From positions 12,503 through 76,502 of the forward strand of contig JBDNFC010000060.1 in the NCBI GenBank assembly GCA_041690035.1: 64,000 nucleotides of DNA. The letters are read 5' to 3'. The notes below the pieces were generated by a model. That model did no database searches. It saw nothing but the letters and a program-made list of their open reading frames with translations, and had not been told where the DNA came from. Made by a program: the position numbers and the translations under genes. The DNA is from Bacteroidia bacterium. Lineage in GTDB: Bacteria; Bacteroidota; Bacteroidia; NS11-12g; UBA955. This document shows positions 40,516 through 50,284 of this stretch, one piece after another; within the stretch, counting starts at the first letter, position 1, and every line of letters starts with the position of its first letter.

Positions 40516-41292
40516 ATGGTGAATTCTGATTTATCAAAAATATTTTTGCGCCTTGTAGATGTGATGGCAGAACTGCGTGAGAAATGTCCTTGGGATAAAA
40601 AACAAGATTTTAGTTCACTTAGACATCTTACAATTGAAGAAACATTTGAATTATCAGAAGCCATATTAAATGAAAACCCTGAAGAAATAAAGGCAGAATT
40701 GGGTGATGTATTATTACATATTGTGTTCTATGCTAGATTAGCAGAAGAAAAAAAATGGTTTACAATGCACGATGTTATTCAACATTTGATAGCAAAATTA
40801 ATACGCAGGCATCCCCACATTTATGGCGATGAAATAGCCAATGATGAAGATGCAGTAAAACAAAATTGGGAAAGGATAAAACTGGCAGAAAAAAATCCTA
40901 ATAATAAGGTTGGATTATTACAGGGAGTTCCCAAAGCATTGCCAAGCATAGTAAAAGCATATAGAATGCAAGAAAAAGCTGCCCAAGTTGGTTTTGACTG
41001 GAATAATAAAGAAGATGTGTGGGCAAAGGTAAAAGAGGAGTTGCTAGAATTTGAGCAAGCAAAAACAAGCAACGAAAGAAAAGAGGAGTTTGGAGATTTG
41101 ATGTTTTCGCTTATAAACTTTGCTAGATTTGAAAAAATAAATCCTGACGATGCATTAGAAAGTACAAATAAAAAGTTTAAAAAGCGTTTTGAATTTATAG
41201 AAACACAAGCTGCAAAAGAAAACAAAGCATTAAAAAACCTCAGTTTAGCAGAAATGGATATATGGTGGAATGCCGCAAAAAACGAATCTTAA
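40516..41292 (+). CDS. mazG: Nucleoside triphosphate pyrophosphohydrolase MazG
   Basis: It has tandem MazG domains with ELGDVLLHIVFYARLAEE and EFGDLMFSLINFARF. Confidence 0.85.
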   Translation: MVNSDLSKIFLRLVDVMAELREKCPWDKKQDFSSLRHLTIEETFELSEAILNENPEEIKAELGDVLLHIVFYARLAEEKKWFTMHDVIQHLIAKLIRRHPHIYGDEIANDEDAVKQNWERIKLAEKNPNNKVGLLQGVPKALPSIVKAYRMQEKAAQVGFDWNNKEDVWAKVKEELLEFEQAKTSNERKEEFGDLMFSLINFARFEKINPDDALESTNKKFKKRFEFIETQAAKENKALKNLSLAEMDIWWNAAKNES

Positions 41293-41296
41293 AAAA

Positions 41297-42472
41297 ATGA
41301 TAGAAAAAGATAAGTATGACATTAGGGGCGTATCCTCGCAAAAAGAAGATGTGCATAATGCAATAAAACACTTAGATAAGGGATTATATCCCAATGCTTT
41401 TTGTAAAATAATTCCTGATATTTTAGCCAACGATAAATTATATTGCACAATAATGCATGCTGATGGTGCTGGCACAAAATCTTCTCTAGCCTATTTATAC
41501 TGGAAAGAAACAGGCGATTTGAATGTTTGGCATGGAATAGCACAAGATGCAATAGTGATGAACATAGATGATTTACTTTGTGTGGGTGCAACAGGCCCTT
41601 TTTTGCTCAGCAGCACAATCGGCAGAAACAAACATTTGATACCAGGCGAAGTAATTGCTGAGATTATAAAAGGAACAAATATTTTTATTGATAAAATGCG
41701 TAATCAAGGAATAGAAATTATTTTAACTGGAGGTGAAACAGCTGATGTTGGAGATTTAGTAAAAACAATTATTGTAGACTCAACCATAATAGCTAGGATG
41801 CCTAAAAAAGATGTAATAGAAAACAATATTGCTGCAGGACAAGTAATTGTTGGTTTTGAAAGCTGTGGACAAGCCTCTTATGAAGATACTTATAATGGCG
41901 GAATGGGTAGCAACGGCCTTACATCTGCAAGACATGATGTTTTTAAGAATAGTTATGCTCAAAAATATCCTGAATCTTATGACAATAGCTTGCCTGCCAA
42001 TGTAGTGTACTGTGGTAGTAAAAATCTGCTTGATCCAACAAGTTTAGCTGGCATTGATGCAGGAAAAATGGTGTTATCCCCAACGCGAACTTATGCTCCG
42101 TTGATGAAAAAAATGCTCAATCTTTACCATTCAAAAATTGAAGCCATTATTCATTGCAGTGGTGGAGGGCAAACAAAAGTATTGCATTTTACTACTAAAC
42201 CAGTTCATATTATAAAGGATAAGCTATTGCCAATACCTCCACTATTTGAAATGATAGAAAAAGAAAGTGGCACACCAATTAAAGAAATGTTTAAAGTATT
42301 TAATATGGGGCATCGATTAGAAATATATACTGATGAAATAACTGCTGAAAAATTAATAACCCTGTCTAAAGAATTCAATATTAAATCACAAATTGTTGGT
42401 AAAGTTACCTCTTCTGTTAAAGAGAATTCATCTTTAACAATAATTTATAAAGGTTTGGAATTAAATTATTAA
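41297..42472 (+). CDS. AIR-synthase-related (PurM-like superfamily) protein
   Basis: It has a PurM-like N-domain (ADGAGTK, DAIVMNIDDLLCVG) and a C-domain. The ORF-track start at 41270 overlaps mazG. Confidence 0.6.
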   Translation: MIEKDKYDIRGVSSQKEDVHNAIKHLDKGLYPNAFCKIIPDILANDKLYCTIMHADGAGTKSSLAYLYWKETGDLNVWHGIAQDAIVMNIDDLLCVGATGPFLLSSTIGRNKHLIPGEVIAEIIKGTNIFIDKMRNQGIEIILTGGETADVGDLVKTIIVDSTIIARMPKKDVIENNIAAGQVIVGFESCGQASYEDTYNGGMGSNGLTSARHDVFKNSYAQKYPESYDNSLPANVVYCGSKNLLDPTSLAGIDAGKMVLSPTRTYAPLMKKMLNLYHSKIEAIIHCSGGGQTKVLHFTTKPVHIIKDKLLPIPPLFEMIEKESGTPIKEMFKVFNMGHRLEIYTDEITAEKLITLSKEFNIKSQIVGKVTSSVKENSSLTIIYKGLELNY

Positions 42473-42936
42473 GAAATTAGGTTTTGCCGTAATAAAAACT
42501 CTAATTGCTTATTGACTTTGGCCAAATTTTCGGTAAGAAGTTTGTTGCTTTCGCGTAAATCATAAATTTCGTAGGCGTTTTTTATCACAATGCGCAAAGC
42601 ATTTTCTTCCCAAGGTTTGGTTAAATAATGATAAACCTGACCCTTATTAATTGCATCTACTACGGCAGTAATATCAGTATATCCGGTTAATAAAATTCTT
42701 ACTGGTTGAGGAAATAAAGGTATAACATGCTCTAAAAATTCAACACCAGTCATATTTGGCATCCTTTGATCTGTAATAATAATTTCTACAGAGAGCCCGT
42801 TTTTTAACAACTCCATAGCCTCTGGCCCGCTCTCAGCTATAGTGATATCATAATCTCTTCTAAAGGTAGCCTTAAAAGAGTTTAGGTTGTTTACTTCATC
42901 ATCAACGTAGAGTACTTTTATTAACTTATCTGACAT
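42469..42936 (-). CDS. Response regulator with a receiver domain only and a C-terminal coiled coil
   Basis: It has VLYVDDE, the phospho-acceptor context IITDQRMP and LTKP, and is 155 aa. Confidence 0.8.
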   Translation of the reverse strand: MSDKLIKVLYVDDEVNNLNSFKATFRRDYDITIAESGPEAMELLKNGLSVEIIITDQRMPNMTGVEFLEHVIPLFPQPVRILLTGYTDITAVVDAINKGQVYHYLTKPWEENALRIVIKNAYEIYDLRESNKLLTENLAKVNKQLEFLLRQNLIS

Positions 42937-43008
42937 TATTATAGCAAAAGTAATCTTTTTTGTTAATATCCAAAATAAATTTGAAAAATTATAAATATTT
43001 TTAGATAT

Positions 43009-44067
43009 TTGACCATTATTGGAGCAATGGAATATAAACCCATAAAATTTGGAAAAATAAATGATTTAAAGGAATTTGGGGAAAAAAATGCCTTAGTAAA
43101 AATAGATTTATTAGATTTATTAGATACGCAAATTAAAGATTTAATTAAAGTAAAGTATCCTTCGCATACCGATGCCCAATTAACAGATGAATTGGTGCGA
43201 TGGGAAAACACTATTTCTGCAGATTATGGGTCTATTTTTTATTATCCTTGGCAAAATAAGGCAGTAAAAATATTAGAAGAGGATGATTTTATTTGTTTGC
43301 GAACATCTAGAAATAAGTATAAAATTACAGCTGATGAACAAAGCACTTTAATGCAAAAACATATTGTAGTTCTCGGCATGTCTGTGGGCAAAGCTGTGGC
43401 GCAGATATGTGCATTAGAGCGAATATGTGGAAAAATTACCTTGGTAGATTTTGACGATTTAGATAGCTCTAATTTAAATAGAATAATGACACCGCTATTT
43501 AATGTAGGATTGCCAAAAGCAGTAATAACAGCTAGAGAAATTTCTGAAATTGACCCATACCTTGAAATAGCAATTGAATTAAAAGGCATAACATCAGAAA
43601 ATATGACGCAAGTTATAGGCAACAATATGCAAACTAATTTGGTGATAGAGGTGTGTGATAGCTTAGAAATGAAGGTAAAAACAAGGATGCATTGTCTTAA
43701 AGAAAAAATACCTGTAATTATGGACACAAGCGATAGAGGAATGATAGATGTGGAGCGCTATGATAAAAATATTTCACAAATATTTCATGGTTTGCTCAAA
43801 AACATTAACTTTAAAGGCTTTGATTTTAATAATAAGGAAAAAAAAATGGAACTATTGATATCAATTATAGATTTAGAAAAAGTAAGCGAACGCGGAAAGC
43901 AATCCTTATTTGAGATAGGCAAAACATTGAGAACATGGCCTCAATTGGCTTCGGACGTATTTATTGGTGCAGCAGCAACTGCAAGTGTTGCAAGGAGAAT
44001 ATTATTAGAACACAATGTAAACTCCAAGCGTTATTATTTTGATTTAGAAAAAACATTAAACAGCTAA
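43009..44067 (+). CDS. E1-like ThiF/MoeB-family adenylyltransferase with a roughly 120-aa N-terminal extension and no Zn tetrad
   Basis: It has a Rossmann-type loop VVLGMSVGKAV, the E1 Arg-finger motif LVDFDDLDSSNLNR, and a DCTDN-equivalent segment, NLVIEVCDSLEMKVKTRMHCLKEKIPVI. It lacks the CxxC...CxxC motifs. It starts at TTG, with an alternative ATG at 43027. Confidence 0.65.
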   Translation: MTIIGAMEYKPIKFGKINDLKEFGEKNALVKIDLLDLLDTQIKDLIKVKYPSHTDAQLTDELVRWENTISADYGSIFYYPWQNKAVKILEEDDFICLRTSRNKYKITADEQSTLMQKHIVVLGMSVGKAVAQICALERICGKITLVDFDDLDSSNLNRIMTPLFNVGLPKAVITAREISEIDPYLEIAIELKGITSENMTQVIGNNMQTNLVIEVCDSLEMKVKTRMHCLKEKIPVIMDTSDRGMIDVERYDKNISQIFHGLLKNINFKGFDFNNKEKKMELLISIIDLEKVSERGKQSLFEIGKTLRTWPQLASDVFIGAAATASVARRILLEHNVNSKRYYFDLEKTLNS

Positions 44068-44073
44068 AAAATT

Positions 44074-44787
44074 TTGAAAAATATTTACATTAGAGCATTT
44101 AGAGCGGTAGACGACAAAGAGGCCAGTCAAAAATTTGTTGATGGGCATAAGCGGGTTTTAGAAAATGTGGGCATTACAGAGGTAACATCCTCTAACAATG
44201 ACTGGATACATAATCCTGCTGTTTATGTAATATTAATAGAATCTGGGGATAGAAGCAAGGTATATGGCGGAGCGCGAGTGCATGTGGCAGATGGAATAAC
44301 GCAATTGCCTGTGGAAGAAGCAACAATGGAAATTGACCCAAAAATATTAGAAGTGGTTTCTAAACAAGTGCCTAAGGGCACTGGAGAAATATGTGGTCTA
44401 TGGAACTCTTTAGAGGTAGCGGGCTATGGTATTGGCAGCACCTATGCAATTCGTTCTGCTATTTGCATTTTACCAATGATGGGATTAGACACTTGTTTTG
44501 CCCTTTGTTCACCATACACAGCTAGAGTTGCGAAAAACTTTGGTTTTTTAATTGACAGAACTTTAGGAAATAATGGCACTTTTTATTATCCCAAACTAGA
44601 TCTATTGGCAACAGTGGTCTTTGTAGAAAACTCACTAACCCTAGAGAGTGCAGATCCAGAAGAAATAATTATCATCAATGAGTTGAGAAAAACACCAAAT
44701 ACAGAAAGGATAGAGCTGGGCAAAAAAGGTGAGGTACAGGTTATTTATGATTTGCAAGTAGATGCTCATCAACCCATTAATAGTTAA
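44074..44787 (+). CDS. GNAT-fold N-acyltransferase-like protein (autoinducer synthase / N-acyl amino acid synthase-like)
   Basis: The 237-aa ORF has GNAT motif-A-like EVAGYGIGSTYAIRSAI and an N-terminal F..GHKRVLENVGI segment reminiscent of the R..VF...LGW region of LuxI/NAS enzymes. It lies 6 nt after the ThiF-like gene. Confidence 0.4.
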   Translation: MKNIYIRAFRAVDDKEASQKFVDGHKRVLENVGITEVTSSNNDWIHNPAVYVILIESGDRSKVYGGARVHVADGITQLPVEEATMEIDPKILEVVSKQVPKGTGEICGLWNSLEVAGYGIGSTYAIRSAICILPMMGLDTCFALCSPYTARVAKNFGFLIDRTLGNNGTFYYPKLDLLATVVFVENSLTLESADPEEIIIINELRKTPNTERIELGKKGEVQVIYDLQVDAHQPINS

Positions 44788-44806
44788 TAAATAAACATAG
44801 GGCAAT

Positions 44807-46924
44807 TTGATGACAAAATTTAATAATTTTCTTATTCTATTTTTATTTATAGTTGTATCTAGAAATTCTATTAATGCACAAGAAATTTTCTATTTAAAGA
44901 ATAATCAAAACACTCTAGAAAATCCTGAAAAGCTGTTAGAAAATAATAACAAGTGGTCAAGAGTAGATGGGGTGGCAAATTTTGGACCAACCGAAAGTAC
45001 CAATTGGCTATATATAAAACTAGCACCATCAAGCAAGGTTAGGTTTTTAGAAATGGGAAACCCCATGCTTGATACTTTTTTTATTTATGGCTACAATCAA
45101 CAAAATCAACTCATATTTAATTATAAGCAAGGTAAGACATTTGATTTTGATAATAACAGGTATGCCAAAAATGTGCTTCCAAATTATATCATACCCTCTG
45201 ATATTGAAGGAGAAATAAAGCTACTTATAAAAATTCAGTCTACTTTTCAAACAAATGTACCAATCATGATATATAGTGAAGTGGAATATTTAGAAAAAGT
45301 GCAAGGTATTGGATACTTTGGTGGTTTATATTTTGGTATTTTGTTAGTAATGTTTTTGTATAATTTGTTTATATTTCTCTCTGTTAAAGACAGGGTATAT
45401 CTTTACTATTGCATATATATAGTGGCACTAATTGCAACCCAATTTGTGATACAAGGGTACGCAAAACAATATTTATTCTATGATAATACGATTATTAATT
45501 TATACACGACTGTTTTTTTTGGTGGTGCTTTGGGCATTGTAACTATTTTGTTTTCTGACAGTTTTTTAAGAACGAGAATCTATGCTCCAAAACTGCGTTT
45601 AGGATTAATTATTATTGGTTTTCTATGTTTAGGCGCTATAATTATTAACTTTTTAGGATTGTTTTTTATCGCATTTAACATCGTTAATATAACAATGGCT
45701 TTGGGTTCATTCTATCTACTTTCTGTAGCCATAGTTGTGTATTTGAATGGGTATAAACCAGCCGTTTATTTTGTAGTTGCCTGGGTTATTTTTTTAGCTG
45801 GTACTATCATATTTGTAATAAAAGATTATGGCTACTTGCCCTATAATGATTTTACTGTTTATAGCTATCAGGTAGGTTCTATTATAGAGGTGGTGATGTT
45901 ATCTCTGGCATTGGCAGATAGAATAAATGTATTAAAAAAAGAAAAAGAAAAAGAACAGGTAGAAAAGTTAATTGCATTAGAAACTAATGAGTCATTTATA
46001 AAAAATCAGAATATCTTTTTGGAGCAAAAGGTTCAAGAAAAAACAAGTGCATTAACCAATACAAATGAAGAGCTTAACAAAACATTAAGCCACCTTAAAA
46101 ACACACAAGTTTCGCTGGTGGAGAGTGAAAAAATGGCATCTTTGGGTCAATTAACAGCAGGGGTGGCGCATGAGATTAACAACCCTATCAATTTTGTATC
46201 TTCTAATGTAAAACCCCTTTACAGAGACATTGAAGACATCAATACTTTTTTAGAGGAATTTAAAATCCAGCATAGCAGCGATGCAGGCATAAACACTTCA
46301 AACCTTATGGAATTGTATAAAAAATTAGACTTAGATTATGCAAGAAAAGAAATAGATGAATTGCTAAATGGGATTAACGAGGGTGCTCAAAGAACTGCAG
46401 AGATAGTAAGGGGATTGAAAAACTTTAGTAGACTTGATGAAGCTGATTTTAAAACTGCAAGCATAGAAGAAGGTATAGAGTCCACATTAATTTTATTAAA
46501 AAGCAATTTAAAAGGCGAAATAGAGGTTGTTAAAGATTTTTGTTTATTGCCCGCAGTTGATTGTTTTGCAGGTAAATTAAATCAAGTATTTATGAATTTG
46601 ATTAATAACTCTATTTATGCAATTACACATAGAATTAAAGAGCAAGCAGCTATACCAGGATTGATTACAATAAAAACTACAGATTTGCCCGAGCACGTAA
46701 AAATTAGTATTAGTGATAATGGATGTGGAATGACTGATGATACCTTAAGAAAGTTATTTGAACCATTTTATACAACTAAGCCAGTGGGCGAAGGAACAGG
46801 TTTGGGGATGTCCATAACCTATAATATAATTAATGAGTTACACAAAGGAAAAATAGAAGTTAGCAGTGAGTTAAATAAAGGCACTATAATTGAAATAACT
46901 TTGCCGAAAAACTTAATAAGATAG
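44807..46924 (+). CDS. Sensor histidine kinase with a 7TM-DISM sensor domain
   Basis: It has a signal peptide, an extracellular domain and seven TM helices. The H-box is GVAHEINNP and the HATPase motifs are DNGCGM and GTGLGMSI. Confidence 0.85.
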   Translation: MMTKFNNFLILFLFIVVSRNSINAQEIFYLKNNQNTLENPEKLLENNNKWSRVDGVANFGPTESTNWLYIKLAPSSKVRFLEMGNPMLDTFFIYGYNQQNQLIFNYKQGKTFDFDNNRYAKNVLPNYIIPSDIEGEIKLLIKIQSTFQTNVPIMIYSEVEYLEKVQGIGYFGGLYFGILLVMFLYNLFIFLSVKDRVYLYYCIYIVALIATQFVIQGYAKQYLFYDNTIINLYTTVFFGGALGIVTILFSDSFLRTRIYAPKLRLGLIIIGFLCLGAIIINFLGLFFIAFNIVNITMALGSFYLLSVAIVVYLNGYKPAVYFVVAWVIFLAGTIIFVIKDYGYLPYNDFTVYSYQVGSIIEVVMLSLALADRINVLKKEKEKEQVEKLIALETNESFIKNQNIFLEQKVQEKTSALTNTNEELNKTLSHLKNTQVSLVESEKMASLGQLTAGVAHEINNPINFVSSNVKPLYRDIEDINTFLEEFKIQHSSDAGINTSNLMELYKKLDLDYARKEIDELLNGINEGAQRTAEIVRGLKNFSRLDEADFKTASIEEGIESTLILLKSNLKGEIEVVKDFCLLPAVDCFAGKLNQVFMNLINNSIYAITHRIKEQAAIPGLITIKTTDLPEHVKISISDNGCGMTDDTLRKLFEPFYTTKPVGEGTGLGMSITYNIINELHKGKIEVSSELNKGTIIEITLPKNLIR

Positions 46925-46928
46925 TAAA

Positions 46929-48023
46929 ATGATGCAAGAACAGCAAATAAAGGTACTTTACATAGATGATGAAAGAGAAAACTTGAACGGATTTTATGCA
47001 AGTTATAGAAGAGATTTTAATATACAAACAGCCATAAGTGCAGCTGAAGCAAGAAAAATATTAAAAGACGATTGGTTTCATGTTATATTGGCAGATAATA
47101 GAATGCCCGAAGAGTCTGGTATTGAGTTTTTAACAGATTATTTAAGAATAAACCCTAAGCCAATAAGAATTTTAATAACTGCACAAACAGATGTAAAAAC
47201 AGTAATTGAAGCCATCAATGGAGGGCAGGTATTTAAGTATATAGAAAAACCCACAGCGGATCAAACCTTAGAATATTCAATCAGAGAGGCGTATCAATTA
47301 TACCTAACAAGAGAGCAATTAGAAATTAGAAACAAAGAACTAGAAAAGGCAAATATGGAACTAGATAAGTTTATATATTCTGCTTCGCACGATTTGAGAG
47401 CTCCAATATTAAGCATATTAGGTTTAACAAAACTGAGTGTTCAAGATCAAATAAATAGTGCCAAATATCTATTAATGATAGAGAAAAGTGCTGAAAAGCT
47501 AGATACTTTTATACTTAATTTAATACAATACTATAAAAATGCCAAACTAGAAGTGTTTGCAAAATCCATCAATTTGGCAAGTTTGGCGAAAGATGTATTT
47601 GACAATGTGCTCTATTTTGACGGAGCCGACACCTTGGATTTTAGCGCTGAATATATCGCTGAACAAAGAGATTTTATAACAGATAAAACAAAGTTGAGCA
47701 TTATATTTAATAATCTAATTACTAACTGTATTAGGTATAGAGATAAAAAGAAATCCAAAAATTATTTGAAAATTTCGTTTGAAATAAAAGAACAATATTT
47801 ACAAATAAAAATTATGGATAATGGAATAGGTATCGAGTTAGAAAATATTCCAAAAATTTTCACAATGTTTTATAAAGCGTCTAAAAATTCTCAGGGCTCG
47901 GGAATTGGTATGTATATTGTGAAAGATGCAATTGAAAAACTAGGTGGCAAGATACAGGTTGAATCTATTTTGGGAGAATATACCCATTTTATTATAGATA
48001 TTCCAGAATTGCACCTTAACTAA
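46929..48023 (+). CDS. Hybrid protein with an N-terminal receiver domain fused to a histidine kinase core
   Basis: It has the receiver motifs VLYIDDE and ILADNRMP, the HisKA motif SASHDLRAPI, and the HATPase motifs DNGIGI and GSGIGMYIV. Confidence 0.85.
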   Translation: MMQEQQIKVLYIDDERENLNGFYASYRRDFNIQTAISAAEARKILKDDWFHVILADNRMPEESGIEFLTDYLRINPKPIRILITAQTDVKTVIEAINGGQVFKYIEKPTADQTLEYSIREAYQLYLTREQLEIRNKELEKANMELDKFIYSASHDLRAPILSILGLTKLSVQDQINSAKYLLMIEKSAEKLDTFILNLIQYYKNAKLEVFAKSINLASLAKDVFDNVLYFDGADTLDFSAEYIAEQRDFITDKTKLSIIFNNLITNCIRYRDKKKSKNYLKISFEIKEQYLQIKIMDNGIGIELENIPKIFTMFYKASKNSQGSGIGMYIVKDAIEKLGGKIQVESILGEYTHFIIDIPELHLN

Positions 48024-48214
48024 TCCAAACTTTTATTAGATTTTTTCTTTGCAGATTCTTCTGCATCTTTCTTTTTAAAAAAATTATTAAAAATAATATA
48101 AACTCCTATAAAAACAATGGCAGTAATTACAATTTCTGAAGCGATAAATAAGATATAAAAATCTCTACTAGGTTTGTCTGTTACCAGTGGGTTTTGCAAT
48201 AAAACGGGTAACAT
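48020..48214 (-). CDS. Small membrane protein downstream of the NSS transporter
   Basis: From the internal start MLPVLLQN... it has one TM helix and a Lys-rich tail. The ORF-track version is 48020-48259. Confidence 0.35.
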   Translation of the reverse strand: MLPVLLQNPLVTDKPSRDFYILFIASEIVITAIVFIGVYIIFNNFFKKKDAEESAKKKSNKSLD

Positions 48215-48224
48215 ATTATTAATC

Positions 48225-48365
48225 GTCATTTTTAATTTCATCTTCAACATAACTATCACCTTTTACATCAGGCTTTTTGAGTATGGTGTAAAAAAATCTT
48301 ATAGTAAAAAAAGTTACAGTTATTTGAACAACTAACATTGTTATAAGGGCATTTGTTTGCATAAT
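48225..48365 (-). CDS. Small membrane protein of 46 aa immediately downstream of the NSS transporter. It is not in the ORF track.
   Basis: Manual translation gives MQTNALITMLVVQITVTFFTIRFFYTILKKPDVKGDSYVEDEIKNDD. Confidence 0.35.
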
Positions 48366-48370
48366 AATTT

Positions 48371-50053
48371 TTATTTTACTGAATTAATTGTACTTAAATC
48401 GTGTTTTTTTCTATTTTTTATATACGCTCTATAAACCAAGAAAGATATGATTAAAAATAAGCCTATCAATAAAAAACGAGAAAATAATACATAATTAATT
48501 GTTTTTTCTGCCTTTTCAATATCTTCTGCAGATACGGCATTTTTCAATGCATTTTTATAGCTAGTCATGTTAATTTGCGAAATAATAGAACCATCATCAA
48601 ATGGCCAGCCATTATTGTTTTTTAGGCTAATAAATGCAGCTTTAAAGTCACCATTTTTGGGATTGAATAAAGAACCAAGAAATACAAAAATGAGCATGAT
48701 GGGTGTAACAAACCAAATAATATATTTATAAATCTTTGGCACCTTTAAATCTGCGCCTTCATTAATTTCTGCCCAACCTTTTTTAATACCAAATACCCAA
48801 CTAAATAATATCACCTCTAACATGGCAAAAACAACAAGCGATGCTGTGCCCGCCCAATAATCATATTCATCAAAAACACCATAATTATAAAAAAGTACAG
48901 TGGGCAAACCAATAATAAGAATGATTAAACCAAAACTTAGCGCTGATTTTTTGCGCCCCCATTTATACTCGTCTTGCATAAAACCCATCCAAGGAGTGCC
49001 CATAGCTAATGATGATGTAATGCCTGCAAAAAAGAGAAGCCCAAACCACATAAAACCAGAAAGATTACTCAAAACAGGCCCCCATTTTTCGAACAAAAAA
49101 GGCATGGTTTTAAAAGCCATACTAAAACCTGCGTTTTCTTTAACCCAATCTAAGCCCAAGTATCCGGCAGCAATAGGGATAACAATTAATGAACCTAAAA
49201 CTATTTCTACAAACTCATTCATAAAACCGGCTGAAAGGCCATTGAGGGCAATATCATCTTTAGATTTTACATAAGAAGCATAACATTGTATGGTACCCAT
49301 ACCCACAGATAAGGTAAAAAATATTTGCCCTGCTGCTGCAAACCAAACTTTAAAATCCCAAATACTATCAAAATTTACTGTCCACAAAAAATTTAAGCCG
49401 TCAAAGGCATTCGCATCGGGAAACTCTGCACTTGCTCCACTGCTGCCAAGTGTTAAGCCTTTTACAGCCAATATTATACCAAAAATAATAAGCAATGGCA
49501 TACCAATTTTAGCTGCTTTTTCTACCCCTTTTAGGCCCCTAGAGAGTATATAAGTATTGAGTGCGAGACATAATATATATATAACCACACTCTCATAAGG
49601 GATGCCAAAAGTAGATTTATCCATATTGGTATAATGCTTAAAAAAATTGGCAACCTCTAGTTGTGTTAGATTATCAAATGAGCCAACAAGCGAGTGTATA
49701 AGGTAAGAAAGTGTCCAAGATTCTATATAGCAGTAATAGGCAGCTACACCCAAGTTCGTAAATATACCAAATACACCAATATATTTCCAAATTCTTCTTT
49801 TATCCATTTTATCTAAAATAAATGGGGTACTGTGATGCCCACTTTTTCCTCCAAAACGGCCAACACTCCACTCTATCCATAAAAGCGGAATCCCCATAAG
49901 TAAAAAACAAACAAGGTAGGGTATGATAAAAGAACCACCACCATTATTAATTGCTTGCACTGGAAATCTTAAAAAATTACCAAGCCCAACAGCATTGCCT
50001 GCCATTGCTAATATTAATCCAACCCTGCTTCCCCAAGCTTCTTTTTGTACCAT
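48371..50053 (-). CDS. Neurotransmitter:sodium symporter (NSS/SNF) family transporter
   Basis: It has the hallmark AMAGNAVGLGNFLRFP and about 12 TM helices, and is 560 aa. Confidence 0.85.
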   Translation of the reverse strand: MVQKEAWGSRVGLILAMAGNAVGLGNFLRFPVQAINNGGGSFIIPYLVCFLLMGIPLLWIEWSVGRFGGKSGHHSTPFILDKMDKRRIWKYIGVFGIFTNLGVAAYYCYIESWTLSYLIHSLVGSFDNLTQLEVANFFKHYTNMDKSTFGIPYESVVIYILCLALNTYILSRGLKGVEKAAKIGMPLLIIFGIILAVKGLTLGSSGASAEFPDANAFDGLNFLWTVNFDSIWDFKVWFAAAGQIFFTLSVGMGTIQCYASYVKSKDDIALNGLSAGFMNEFVEIVLGSLIVIPIAAGYLGLDWVKENAGFSMAFKTMPFLFEKWGPVLSNLSGFMWFGLLFFAGITSSLAMGTPWMGFMQDEYKWGRKKSALSFGLIILIIGLPTVLFYNYGVFDEYDYWAGTASLVVFAMLEVILFSWVFGIKKGWAEINEGADLKVPKIYKYIIWFVTPIMLIFVFLGSLFNPKNGDFKAAFISLKNNNGWPFDDGSIISQINMTSYKNALKNAVSAEDIEKAEKTINYVLFSRFLLIGLFLIISFLVYRAYIKNRKKHDLSTINSVK

Positions 50054-50284
50054 AAACTCTTCTACTTTTAATTCGGCAAATTGGTGTTTTTTATATTTAA
50101 AAACAAGTGATTCAAAAAAAAGTATTTGATTTTAATGATGTTCATCTCTATAAATTAATATTGCGATAATCATCTTTTATATATTTTTCACTTATTTTAG
50201 CCTATCAACAAGGTATATTTTGTTCTATAATTTATATTAATCATTACTTTTAGAATAAGGTTAAATAATGGTATAGAAAGTTAA

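Noticed and set aside
43009-44067. The E1-like protein as MccB, the microcin C adenylyltransferase
   Set aside because: MccB-type enzymes have a CxxC...CxxC zinc site that is absent here, and no MccA-like heptapeptide ORF ending in Asn was seen in the 72-bp upstream gap.
44074-44787. The 237-aa protein as a ubiquitin-conjugating E2 partner of the E1-like protein, based on GEICGLW resembling the UBC GxICL motif
   Set aside because: There is no HPN tripeptide at the expected distance upstream of the Cys. GNAT motif-A (GYGIGSTY) is a better fit.
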